This document shows positions 37,903 to 50,072 of a stretch of DNA of 64,000 nt, in pieces. A program made the translations under genes and the position numbers. The notes under the pieces were generated by a model. The model searched no databases, was not told the DNA's origin, and worked only from the letters and a program-made list of their open reading frames with translations. Positions within the stretch are counted from its first letter, which is position 1. Every line of letters starts with the position of its first letter. The stretch is from Halocafeteria seosinensis. Its lineage: Eukaryota. Location of the stretch: contig LVLI01000006.1 in the NCBI GenBank assembly GCA_001687465.1, positions 124,001 through 188,000 of the forward strand. Reading direction: 5' to 3'.

Positions 37903-39080
37903 CTAGCCTGAACAACATCGGCTTTCGTTCATCGAGGAAGACTCTCGTCGGCGTTGTTTCAAATCAACAATGTCCTGGTCTTCAGGCTTCTTCAGTCCCA
38001 CTGTCGTGGAGAGACTATCAAGCATTCCCCATAGCGCACTTCCTTCCTTTTCTTCAGGTACGCCAGGTTGCAGAGCAGCATCCTCGCTGCAGGTTAAACG
38101 CAACAGTCCTTTTCTGTAGTTTACAAGAGGACTGATGCAATATAATATTACGCAACATCACTTACCGGAAACGATCCACTGCGATGCGCTCCGATAGCGA
38201 CCGGAACGCCTCCTCTACTCCTTCTCCAGTTACCGCACTGTACACCCAAATTAACACCTAGACAGTTAGTAACACAGACAGGACGCACTAGTAGAGGTGC
38301 TAGTTTACCTAGTGTAGTGATGCTCGACGTCTGAGCCATTTTCCGCCAGTCTCTGAGAGCAAGTATGAATTAGCTTCGATTCCTCTTCGGTAGTAGACCT
38401 CGGACCTTCCACTAAGTCGACTTTGTTACCTAAAATGATCACCTGTGCTCCTTCGGTGCCGTGCCTGGATTCTCAGAAACTTCTTCAGAAGGTGAAGTAC
38501 AAGACGTCTGGCTTACGAATACGGGTGTACCTACCTTAAGATCTGAGGCACCCATTCCTCCGCTATACTCTCAAGAGTCGAAATATCTGTTACGTCGTAG
38601 ACGAATATATACCCATCACGCTTTCGGAAGAACGTAGGTGTAATCGCCCTAAAGCGCTCCTGGCCAGCCGTGTCGAAAAGTTGCAGACGTGCTACCACTG
38701 TTCAACAACCAGACGGAGAATTACCCTGGGAGAAATCAACGCGAGCCGGCTTACCTCAACACTTACATTCTCTGGGCCTCTCAATGTTGAACTCCTTGCA
38801 CTCGATATCTACTCCTGTTGTGGATTGGTAATCATGACGATCCAATACTCCATGACAGAAGCATCGTATCAGCGCCGACTTTCCTACAGCCATGTCGCCT
38901 GCAACGAAGGAAGGAAGCAGACACAGTTGTCGATGGATCCGTGGACTAACGAGTCACGTCACTGGGCGAGAGAAGCCTATCTATGATGTAATCGGACCAG
39001 AATATACACGCCGACATACCAGCTGTGGCGACCGAGATCACAACGTCGGCTTTGCTTTTGGCGGGATGTAACGAGGTCAT
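37903..39080 (-). CDS. Divergent Rab GTPase, 6 exons (264 aa), C-terminal CCSG
   Basis: Exons 39080-39020, 38898-38767, 38697-38535, 38464-38309, 38237-38166, 38113-37903 splice in frame: GDMAVGKS, STTGVD, FDTAGQERFRAITPTFFR, VYDVT, GNKVD, TSAVTGEGVEEAF, CCSG-stop. Confidence 0.92.
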
Positions 39081-39114
39081 CCTCTCACTCTCCAGAGAAA
39101 GATAAGCACTAACT

Positions 39115-39138
39115 CAACAACAACAACAACAACAACAA
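39115..39138. repeat. (CAA)8 microsatellite 35 nt upstream of the Rab start codon
   Basis: Directly visible. Confidence 0.95.
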
Positions 39139-39315
39139 ACTTGAGAGAACAAGGTTGCAATATACAAGAAAATACAACAACCATGAAGCTTATCTGGCAT
39201 AACTTGAAGCCCAACTTCAACTTCAATACCGCCATTCCTAGCATCTATGGTGGTACAAGGCGTAGGTACATGTATTATGTATGTAGCCGCGAAGATAAAC
39301 TAATGTCAGCACCAG

Positions 39316-42300
39316 CTATGTGTGTCCAGGCAATAGTAGAAGCGAAGGAATAAAGACGTGGAAGTTGTACCGCAGCCTGCTGTCAGCAGGTTGTACAAGG
39401 GTCTTGTTCCATTCACAATTTGAATCACAAAATACTGTCGTTCTCGGCATTCCGACGGTTCGATTATCTATCTGCCCCGGGGTTCCCTTTCTCTGGAAGC
39501 ATCCTGGGTGTGTTCCACTGTGTGGGTACGTGGGAGAAACTGAAACACTATGGCCAATTCTAGACAAACAATCAGATGAACAAATGAGCACCAATTTCGG
39601 GAATTTACTGCGATCAGTAGATGTGTGCAGCACGAAGTCTCGTGTGCCGGATTTGGAAATGGTGGTTGATCGACACGTTTTCCCGTAGACTTTCCGTGCC
39701 CATGTCCGCCCGTCCCGATTTACCCCAATTGCTTCATGCGCATGCGGCTATTTAGAAATGCAATCATACGTAACCCCCTCAATGTGATTACGAACTGCGG
39801 AAACATCTGCCAGAATAATCACTTCTACGAGGATAGGACCGATGGTAAGCTCAGTTAGCAGTTTCGGACACTGTCGTTTCAAGAGTTCTAATAGCTGGTT
39901 TGTCTTGTTCTCCATCCATAGGTTAGGACCATCAGTATGGAGTGTACAGTAAGGATCGCAATACATGCGTGCCCGAGCATAAAATTCTCCGCCGTTATAT
40001 AGCAAGGACGACGTAGTAAGAATTGCGAATCTCTGACAGAAGTGTCCCAAGAAGTGCAGGTGCTCCTCGTCTCCAACTTCGTCCATCGATTGATGTCCGA
40101 GACACCAGCCAAAGAAAAAAAGTGCGAGGGAAAGTTGTCTATACATTGGAAGAGCGTTTCTGCATCTTTGCAAATTGTACACGGAACAGTATGGAAAGAT
40201 CTTGTATGACAACGAGGCTTCCAATCTGTACCGATCTCGAACACCTCCGACATCCTTCAACGAGTGCAGCACTGCAGAATACCGTCTTTGGCACCGTTCC
40301 ATTGCAAAGCTGATAGCTATTACGCACAGCTTGAGGTCAACCGGGAGAGAAATTATGGTACGAAGCGACCTGGCATCCTCGTTCAAGTATTCAAATCTGT
40401 AAGGATCAGGACTGGTACGAGCTCTTCAGGAGTCGGCTATTGTTTCCCAGTTTGTTGATTTCCATCTCCTGCTGAGTCTATAGGGTGCGACTGCAAACGA
40501 TCTTTTAGAGGGATTTTCAGTTTCTTCCATTGTAGCCACCGTAAATATCTGTCAGGAGACACGTCCAGAGAATTCAGCAAAACCTTAATGGGTTTCTTCA
40601 AAGCTACTGGCCAGTACGGGGCATCTTCTTCTGATATACTCCCCAATACTTGTTTCACATCTTCGTCTCGTAGATGAGCAAAGATAGATTCCTGATTTTC
40701 GAGCGAAATTTCAGGTTCTACCTCGAGACCTAACGTTGACGCCGTCGCAGGACGAGTGCTATCGAACATATCGTCTTCGGGAATATAGTGTTGGAATACA
40801 GTTGGATCGGTTGGTCCAGTATACTTGTGGAACAGGTTATCTCTCTTAGATAGAATCATTACTTCGAGATGGAGCCGGTCGAGGAGCAAGAAGACATTTG
40901 TAGCTGACAGAACAATACACTTGTGTAACGCTAACCGAATAACATGCAGAAACACACGATCAACGCATGATAGTTCGTTTTTGCCGCTGGGAACTGCTTG
41001 GATTACTTTCTTGTACATCCTCTGACTGTGCAGTTGTCGCTTCAGAGTTTCGTATTCATGCTCTAGGCGCATGCTCTCTATTCCTTCGCGAGGGTCAAGT
41101 TCATCTGGTCCCGGGTTTGCAAAAAATGAGCGCGCTGTAACAGTAGCAATGGTACTTGGTGGTCGACAGACGAAAGACTTACTTGGGCCTGAGAAGGCCT
41201 TATACTTTGCAGCGTAGCGTTGCGGGAACTCATATACAAAGCGGCCCTGTGCAGGTAAGATACACCTAACGAATTACATGATGTCGAATGAAACTGCATT
41301 TCTCTGGACCACGACTCACCAAGTCCTGGACATACGAAGAAATAACAACACGTTGATGACGAGCACCATGAAACCATGTTATTAATAGCATCGTAACCCA
41401 CCTGCTGTAGCTGTTTGCTCATCAAATACTTAGACTTCTGAATACTCTTCTCAGTCTCTTTCATTTCTTGCACGCTGAACGCAGTCACGATTTCAAGCAC
41501 TAATGAGCAGATAGGAGTATTACATATCGACCCAATGCTAATTGCTTACGCCTGCTGACTTCTGTCAAACACTTCGTTGTACTCTTCATCATACTGCCGC
41601 TGCTTTGAACTCCCAACAAATTGCACGGCTGAATGCGGGCGCGACCCGGAAGCACTCCGATTGCGGGTGCGAGAAGAAAATCGTAAAGATTCTTCCTTGT
41701 CAGACGAGTCAACACTGGACCTCCTCGCCTGTCGCGGGTGTTTTTCTGAATTGGTGAAGTCCGGAACCCCATTGACTCACAAATAGTCTTGGAACAATCC
41801 AGTAATTATTTCACATACTCTCAAGCATGCTATCCTTTCCATACGTGGGAAGTTCCTCCACTTTCGCGTATCGACTTAGCGTCTGCTGTACCCGTTGGTC
41901 ACTTCGCTGTTCTGCTTGTTCACACTGTGTCTGCAAGATCTGTCGATGCGCCCCCCATGGCGACGAAGAACTCGATTCACGTCGCCTCGATGAACCGCGA
42001 GGGCTAAAGTTCTTGGTATAACTGACATCTTCCTGAAATCCAAAGTCCATTAACTCTTCCAGATCCTGCGTGCGCAAAATGGGAAGTTACTCTACGTAGT
42101 CAACACGGTTCTCTCACTACAGTAGGCCCATACAGTGTTGCGAGTATTATGCGGTCGCAAAGATCCCCTCCAACTCTGGATTTCACCTGCGGGTTCTGTC
42201 CCGGCATATAAATCTTTGGGTAATCTAGCTATACTAGGTGTACTCTCAAGTACCCGAGCCAGCTGCGGAATCACACAAGCCCTAATCAAGAACGTTGCCG

Positions 42301-42506
42301 ATGTCTCCTCCCGAAGATTCGGTTCTTACCTTGCTTTCTCGAGTGCCCTCTCCGCAACGGACAAACACCTTGCGGTGTTCACTGCATGCTATTAAGCGCT
42401 TCAATTCCGCTCGACCTAGGTCTGGATTATTTCGCCTTCGTCGCTGCTTCGAGGAACTTGGGCGTGTCGACGATTCCCCTCGGGGCCGAACAGGGGTGGT
42501 TTGCAT
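39316..42506 (-). CDS. Multi-exon hypothetical protein (boundaries uncertain)
   Basis: Chain of same-strand ORFs (42506-42282, 42289-42092, 42077-41811, 41500-41078, 41072-40437, 40386-39748), several bridged by GTAAG/GTATG...AG introns; no family recognised. Confidence 0.5.
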
Positions 42507-43131
42507 TTTTTTTCCCCGTTTCTTCGGAGGGTACTTAACGGATTAAAACCGTAATATTGGTCTTTCCTATATCACCATCGCACAACGTGAGACAATAAGT
42601 CGAACTCAATCGTGGAATCGCAACTTGCCTCGGCGCTAACGGCATCCGAGTCAACGTAATCTCTCCTTCCCCAACTAAAACGTGTAAGATGGGATTTACG
42701 CGCATTGAGAAGAAATACTAAAGGGGAAGGAGCTAACAACAGTAAAACGTCACTTAAAACTAATTTTTGCGTCGCCTGAGATTGTGCATAGAAGCTGCGA
42801 AGGTCGCAGCGGCTGCGACCGTCTGCTGCTCTGGTGGAATTCACCACACAAGTACACACGGACAACACTACCACAGTGATACACGATATTTACATGTCGC
42901 ATGGATAATTTGAAGCATTTTATGGTTCAACGAGAGGTAAATCTGTAAGAAGCTTCCAACACTGAGGAAAGTCAACCCGAGTGTCGGACAATGGACCACA
43001 TCATGTGCAACCATTCCCAATTCTTACCAGAGATGTATTTTTCGGAGTACCAGAACCCAGGGAATAAATCAAAGTAAAACAGAACAATACATATGTTTGA
43101 AAATTGCTCCTTCATCGTACTCTCAGCTAGT

Positions 43132-44055
43132 TCAATACTCACTATCCTCCCCATGTTCAGCGACTGTCGCAGGCACACTATCCTGGCCTGTGTGGGAAGA
43201 ATCAATGGATCTTCTCCCAACACTTCCCACGTTGTCATCGTAGTAGGAGTCAGCTAAACTTGTAGAGGAAGGAGAAGATCCCATAGCTGTGTGTTTGATT
43301 GGACTGGCTTGCAGCGATTCACCTTCCTCCGGAATGAGATACCACGGCAGCGCTTTTGGTGGGGGCGGTTGTGGCAACACAGGGAACCCTCTTGGATTAT
43401 AATCTTGCATCGCCTGCATGACTCCCATGATCGCCGAGTACCAAGAATCCCTGTCGCTTGGTGACCCAAAAGCTAACACTTCCGACTGCCTTGCTGTAAC
43501 GAGGAGGATACCGTCCGTGCTGAGTTTGGAGTGTTCGATCTTCACGCGGTGTATTCGAGCTCCTTCGAGGGATAAATAAGCCTTTGGGGCTGGAAGTGGC
43601 GAGGAAAAGCCTGGAAATTTCCCAGAGAAAGCCACTCTACAATCGTTGAAATCATGTTCCTCTCGATCTCTCGAGGCATTGGCTGCCTCCTTTTCATGCC
43701 TATAATACGCCAGTGTCCCTCCGTGAAGGACGAAATATCGATCCTTCCATGACTTTAGCTTATCAAGACCGAAACTGATGCCTCCCCTCTTCTTAATGTA
43801 GCCTGTCAATGTGGGACTGCTTCGGAGGAGAGCCCCTCGTATCTGTTGCGGCGTCATTTTTCGTTGAAGTGCCTTCTTCCCTGCTCCCGGAGCTACTCTA
43901 CCTCCAGTAGCATCATGCGTGCTCCTCGACGGACTAATAGTAGATTGTCCAGAGGCGGCGGAGAAGGATCCTCTGGGAGAATGGGGCTCAGAATTTCCCA
44001 TGAACTCGTGATAGGACGCCGTCCCCGTTGAAGATGCTGAGGATCGATAGCTCAT
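43132..44055 (-). CDS. PH-domain protein
   Basis: LTGYIKKRGG...KSWKDRYFVLHGGTLAYY...SDRDSWYSAI is a typical PH signature. Extra 5'/3' exons are possible. Confidence 0.85.
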   Translation of the reverse strand: MSYRSSASSTGTASYHEFMGNSEPHSPRGSFSAASGQSTISPSRSTHDATGGRVAPGAGKKALQRKMTPQQIRGALLRSSPTLTGYIKKRGGISFGLDKLKSWKDRYFVLHGGTLAYYRHEKEAANASRDREEHDFNDCRVAFSGKFPGFSSPLPAPKAYLSLEGARIHRVKIEHSKLSTDGILLVTARQSEVLAFGSPSDRDSWYSAIMGVMQAMQDYNPRGFPVLPQPPPPKALPWYLIPEEGESLQASPIKHTAMGSSPSSTSLADSYYDDNVGSVGRRSIDSSHTGQDSVPATVAEHGEDSEY

Positions 44056-44390
44056 CTCGTGATCCAAGCACTACTGTAGACCCATTCATAAAACAAACAA
44101 GAGTGACAGCAGTTTTATATTGGAGTACTATGTTTTGCATCTTCGATGAACCTTTTCGATTCAATTTTGTTTCCAACAACAACACCTTCGTCAGGTCCTC
44201 TAGTCTCCGTCTGGCCTCCTGTGTGTATTCTCGTAACCTACACATACACCCACATATTTCACAAGGAATACTTAAGGTCCATAAGTTATGGAATATTTAA
44301 GAGAAATATTCAAGTGCTCGCATTGAAGGAAGATGAATCGAGGCTTCTTGTTTAGTATCTGCGACGGGGCACCATCTGCGACACATGTGG

Positions 44391-44666
44391 CACGGTGGGC
44401 GGTACAACGTTGTACATGTCATGATGACGGTAGGAGCAATACCAATACACACTGATGGGATGTAGAGCCAGAGAACCACGGTGGGAGGCGTTACAGCCTG
44501 ATCTAGTTTGTATTAGTAGTCTACATGCTACACTAAGCAAGCAATGTGAGGAGTGAACCCTATTCACAATGCGGCGCATCACCGTGATAGCCGGAGTTGA
44601 CAACAGGTGTGTATTGGTATTGCTCCTACCGGAAGACGTGCCTGCTACAGGCTACGCCACACCGTG
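44391..44666. repeat. Modular inverted repeat with a perfect 25-bp core
   Basis: 44428-44452 is the exact reverse complement of 44607-44631; CACGGTG at 44391 and 44477 mirrors CACCGTG at 44660 and 44580. Confidence 0.9.
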
Positions 44667-44690
44667 TGAGGGGTGAACTCTACCCGGAAC

Positions 44691-47600
44691 TTAGGTTTCC
44701 TTTGGGTCGCCTGTCAAAGCATTTGTACCAGTGGTATTCCCGACATCCGTGGAAGCATGCTCCTCTTGAGACGGCTGCTGGCGCTGCTGTGCTCCCCCTT
44801 GCATTGAAATGTTATGCTGTGCCATACTTACCCCGGAAAAGTCTTGTTGCGCATTCGCTTGGCCCATGTATTGGTTTTGCATCACTTGCCCAGGATAAGG
44901 CTGCCAGTTGGGTGGTACTTGCTGCGGGTATCCAGAAGAAGCTATCATTCCCTCGGAACTACCGGCATCAGAGTTGTTTTGACCTTGCATTGGTTGCTCC
45001 GGGTATCCAGAGGGGCCCATCATTCCCTCCGGGCTACGGATCATATCGTTGCTCTGACCTTGCATTGGTTGCTGCGGGTATCCAGGGGGGGCCATCATTC
45101 CCTCCGGGCTACGGATCATATCGTTGCTTTGACCTTGCACTGGTTGCTGAGTGCTAGGTTGAGTGATTTGTTGAGCAAATGGACCCTGTTGGGAATTCGG
45201 TGGGTTAGTAGCCATTGCTTGATCTTGGGGTGCTTGCCAAACTCCTTGTCCAGGATAAGGCTGCCAGTTGGGTGGTACTTGCTGCGGGTATCCAGAGAAA
45301 GCTATCATTCCCTCGGAACTACGGGCATCAGAGTTGTTTTGGCGTTGCATTGGTTGTTGCCCGTATCCAGAAGGAGGCATCATTCCCTCTGGGCTTCGGA
45401 TGACGATAGCGTCGTTTTGACCTTGCATTGGTTGCTGCGGATATCCAGGGGGAGCCATCGTTCCGTCCGGGCTACGGATCATATCGTTGCTTTGACCTTG
45501 CACTGGTTGTTGAGTGCTAAATTGAGGAGTCTGTTGAGCAAATGGACCTTGTTGGGAATTCGGTGGGTTAGTAGCGATTGCTTGACCTTGGGGTGGTTGC
45601 CAACCTCCTTGAACACCTTGAACACCTTGAAACGTTTGTTGAGGATACCACGGGGTACCAACTGTGCCGACTGAGCCTTGGAACGTTGCACTGTGTTGGC
45701 CTTGCACTAGGTGCGTCTGGTTTGCGTTGGCCATTCTACTGTTCACCGTTTGGGGCGGGTTAACTTGTGCTCCCTGAAATCCAGCGCCCGGCGGCTGCTG
45801 TTGATTCGGTACAGCTTGTCTGGGACCACTGCTGGTTTGGAACTGTTGAGGGTATCCTGGCCCAGGAGGCATCCACCCTTGTGGGCTCTGAAAACCGGCA
45901 AAGTTCTGGTTCGGAAACTGTTGGGGAGGATGAGATTGATTCATTGGGCTCATCTCATGTTGGGGTGCACCGCCCATCATGCCCCCATTTTGCATCGGCG
46001 GTACTTGTAACCCTTGTTGAGGGTACTTCGGATGTCCACCGTGTGCCCCCATGTATCCCGGGTAAGGCATAGTTTGCGTGTCTATCGGTGCATTTTGTTG
46101 AGGGGGGTGCATGCCGGCTCCGGGTAAGAGTGGCTGCTGGTTCTCGGGCATTGACTTCCCTTCCAGCCGACTAGAGTTTCCCTGTTCAGTAAGAGCTACC
46201 TCCATTTCCACTTGGTTCTTGCTCAAATACCTTGACAACCGGATGTGTGAGTCAACCCCTTTGTTAAACATTCCTTGACATAAGCGACAACAAGTTTTTA
46301 CGTAGAGGCCTAACCTGCGACGACTAAACACTGTAGACGAAAACATGATAGGAAAGTAAGTTAGCTGAATATCGTACCAGGCACACTTATCGAAACTCTC
46401 ATCGAATGTAACCTTAGCCCCTCCAAGGATCATATCTTCTACTGTTGCTTTTTCCAGCACATAGTCACCAAAGTACGCACCAAGACAAGGGACACAACCC
46501 CAACAACATGCTGTACAGTGATCATTACAATGAGGGCCAGCTGCATGGTATTTGAATGAGTTGGAACCGGAAGCTGCGAGCAGTGCAAATAAGAACGAGG
46601 GCAGAGTGAACACTCCCTTCGAGGGTCCGACAAAGAGGGGAGACGTACGAGGCGGTATGCCAACGAAGCGAATCCTGCTATCAAGCCACTTCAGGTACAT
46701 TTTTCCAGCGAAGCTGCTAGCAAACAGACATGAACGTTAACGACACGTGCTGGTAAGTTTAGAAGAAACCGAGCATCACCCACCATCGCTCCCAAAGAGT
46801 CAATGTCAGGAAATTCAGCAGTTTTTCATAACAGAATCGAAGGTAAGCATCGCCGAAGTCGAGATCGTACTTGACAGTACGTTTCTGAACTCTCATCGAT
46901 TCGATAATTGCACGGTTCTTCGCAAACGTGACAAACGGGGAAGGAATCCAGAAAATATGGAGATCTAGAGGTGTGATTTTCTGAATAAGGTTCAGTATCT
47001 TTTCAAAGAGTCCCAGAACGAGCCCAACAGTGAAGAAATAAAGCTGCGGTTCGCAAAGTACGATCATCTATGATGAACTGAACGCCACTGGCATTCCAGG
47101 AATAACATTGTGCCGGCACTCACCTTCGCCAGGCATTTTAGTTCTACAGAAAACACAGCAAAATCCATTCCTTCCTCGTCAAATTGTTTTCGCGGTTTAT
47201 TTTGGCAAGAGGAGCACACTTTAGATGGTCTCCAATCCATGACCTTGCACAACATGACAACAGGCATCAGAGAGCCATGTCCGAAGAGACCAATTTCCAT
47301 TACTAGGAACATATGGCGGATGCGTTTCAAGGTCCTCAACTTGCCGATATCCTCCTCCGCGATCCCTACTCCGTATATGTCTATCCCATTCAGTAATACG
47401 AATAAACTATGAGCTGCAGCCCCCAGGAAAATAATGCTCGTCGCTACAAAAACGTAGAATGGATCTATATTCTTGATGGTTTTTCCAAGTGAGATTGGTT
47501 CCACAGGCACCTCTAGGGAATGCTTGGCCTGTTCTTCCAGCTCCGCCATCCGCTTCTTCTCCTTTCGCAGCCGTTCGGTCTCGACGCGCTTGTACCAATT

Positions 47601-47717
47601 GGACAACCCACAACGCACAATGAGTCCGACCACAAGGACACCGGCACAAAGTACGAGGTAAGTTAGCACTAGTCCGAAGTCCAATCCTAATTCGCTCACG
47701 GTGAAAAAGCCTGCCAT
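44691..47717 (-). CDS. Multi-pass membrane protein with long Q/P/G-rich repetitive C-terminal tail, about 3+ exons
   Basis: Three consecutive ORFs with plausible GT-AG junctions; several TM helices and a Cys-rich patch (CTACCWGCVPC); low-complexity tail. Confidence 0.65.
44890..45603. repeat. Intragenic tandem duplication (about 360-nt unit containing about 75-nt subrepeats)
   Basis: CCAGGATAAGGCTGCCAGTTGGG at 44890 and 45250; peptide QQPMQGQSNDMIRSPEGMMAPPGYP recurs about six times. Confidence 0.9.
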
Positions 47718-47856
47718 GTTTTCTCCACGTCACCTGTTCTTCGTCCCGAAGTATCTTGACAACAGAAGAAAAGTCTTAATGCACTGTACAGTGTACTGTA
47801 TATCCCTTTACCTGTTGACACCGAGAGTCTCTAGACGTTCCAATCAATAAGATGGA

Positions 47857-49623
47857 TTGAAAAAGGACAAAGTCAACGTCAGCCCGCAACAGAAGCACGA
47901 TGTCTTTTTGTCCCCTGAGAATCAAGCCCCAGTCGGCGACAGTCGCCAGGTCACGGTCGCAGCGATCGCAGTGGCTGGTCGTTGCACAAACAGACCTAAG
48001 GAATCCCCGCCATGTTCGGTGCACATACCAGTACGAAAGCGAGAGCACTTACTGTGCAGAGTGATGGCAACACAACCAATGTATGGCGACATTTGATGGC
48101 CCATGAAGGATGGCAGAATGCTCTGAAGCAGTGACAGGAACGAAGATCGAACCAGCAACCTACTGTAGTTGGTTGCACCACACAACGTCCATATGTGGAA
48201 GCAGAAGAGAAAGGGAGGAGACAATTGCTAGAATAGTGACATTCACAGTTGATGAGAGTATACCCTTCCGAATTGTTGAATCTCGGCCATTCAAGAGGAT
48301 GCTGGAGAGCGGCATAGAAAGACATGCCGTCCAGACGCACAATCGCCCGCAAGGTCGACGAGAGGGCATCGAATGTAATGGAGAGAACAGATGATATAGT
48401 ACGTTCTCTTACCACGCTGGTGTTAAGCGGTGATATTTGCACACACACACACACATGTGACAGATAGCCCACCGGCCGGGGAGTTGACCATTAGTGATGG
48501 TCGCTCATTCTTTGCCGTTCTCTCTCTCTATGTGGACGAGTCTTGGACCTTGCGAGAGCTTCTCATTGGGTTCCAAGATATGTCCGAGATGAGACACACA
48601 GGAAATGCGATCGCCGATGCTTTACGTAATATCAGTGTTAAGAGAGGACTTAATCGTTCTACCCAAATTCCTGCAGTGGTCACAGACAGCGCGTCCCATA
48701 TCATTGATATTGGATGATGACCATGATTACCTACCGGATGGTGACATATTGCAAGGAGAATCAGTTACGTGGCTTCCATGCGTAGCTCATATTGTACAAA
48801 ATGCTCTTAAAGATGGCATGCATGAGGAAGGCGTGTCCTCGTTAATTAACAAAGTTCAGTCAGTTTGCGAACGTCTTCGACAGCAAAACTTGTTTCGATT
48901 GCTCAACGAAGAAAGGGATAACGAAGGTTTGAAACAATTGAGGCTCGTCTAGTGTCTACTGCATGATCAGCAGATTCCGGTTAAATACAGCGCATACAAT
49001 GTTCCCAACAGAACTCTACTCGTTTGGAGCCCTTTATCACCAAGGAGTTGAAACGTTTGAGGATCGAGCTTCCTGAGGCCTCCGATGAGGAAGTCCCTCC
49101 ACTACGTCTTCATCCAAGCAACACTGAAGAACCATTAAAACAACAGAGTGGGTTCTCTTTGCTGAAACTTTGGAAGAAGCACGGCTATAGTTTTCCAGTT
49201 CTAACCTGTAATGAAGTGTTTGCTGGCTATACCAGCATCTACAGCCACTGCCGAAAGTTCCTTCAGTATTGCTGGCATTAATTATGGGAAGCGAAGGACT
49301 CGTCTGAGTAGTGAACGGCTTGAGAGTATAATGGTCGTCAGATATAACCGCATTGGCACGTTGCTGGACGGAGAGGATACAGTAGAATAGAAGAAGAGTG
49401 CCAAGTGGGAGTACATCACTCCTGCAAATCTGCAAGGCTTGTCAGGGCCTTTCCCCCGATTGAAATATACTTAGGCATCTGTATGCGCCCACCACTGTAC
49501 ACAAGTCCTCACAGGAGAATTTGAATTTTTTAACCCGATGACCAACCCGTGACCGAGGCTTCAGAGGACCCCAAAAACCGGGCACCGAAACATTCTGTCC
49601 CGGTCGGGTCCACGTCTGCATTG
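47857..49623 (+). mobile_element. Decayed hAT-superfamily DNA transposon (transposase pseudogene)
   Basis: Fragments across frames: BED-finger end DGNTTNVWRHLMAH, DESIPFRIVESRPFKRML, RHTGNAIA, VVTDSAS, PCVAHIVQ (CxxH), and dimerisation domain LKLWKKH..FPVL..AIPASTATAESSFS..RTRLSSERLE. Many frameshifts and stops; probable intron near 48399-48463. ACCCG/CCG-rich subterminal region 49530-49610. No matching TIR pair or TSD found. Confidence 0.9.
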
Positions 49624-50072
49624 CAGTGGGTAAGTTCACGAGCAATTCCTATTGTATATGTTTCATACCCTATACGAGTCTATAGTAGTGAGAATGACAT
49701 TCTGATGAGTTTGGTATCTTCACCATCAGCAACGGACGAACGTGCCAGAAGTGACTCCGATAGGAACAAAGATGCCTGTTCCTTTAGCATTATCGAGAGT
49801 CCCCATTAGGCCAATACCCCTGCCAACTTTCGTATCTTGCTCCAGGAGGACCATCGCCGCTGAGCTGGCGGTTACCACCATATGGTCGAAGAAATAATTC
49901 AAATGGAGGTGGTGGGAGCTTAATTCATTACCGGTACGCATGTGCGTACAGACGGTTGTTTATTGATTCCAGGCAAAAGTGCCCAAGTACCCGGTGATTT
50001 GAGAGTTCCCGTATCCGAAAGGGTGAAGGCGACGCATGGGGTATTCCAATCCTGTCTTTTTATATATTCCCC

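Noticed and set aside
38400..39138. Non-LTR retrotransposon 3' end with a (CAA)n tail and a degenerate zinc knuckle on the + strand
   Set aside because: The same DNA is fully explained by the spliced minus-strand Rab gene; the CAA run is just an upstream microsatellite.
44391..44666. V(D)J/Transib recombination signals (CACCGTG resembles the heptamer) or a CRISPR-like array
   Set aside because: No nonamer at 12/23 spacing and no RAG/Transib gene; the repeats are inverted and only two-copy, with no cas genes in a eukaryotic context.
44597..45674. Long + strand ORFs (186 aa and 286 aa) with repeats
   Set aside because: Antisense shadows of the repetitive Q/P-rich coding region.
47787..49499. 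Tc1/mariner-type TA|CAGTG...CACTG|TA ends around the transposase
   Set aside because: Only a few bases match, the enclosed protein is hAT-type, and there is no 8-bp TSD.
49700..49745. Hammerhead ribozyme core (CTGATGAG...GAA)
   Set aside because: GAAC rather than GAAA, and no convincing stems I and III.
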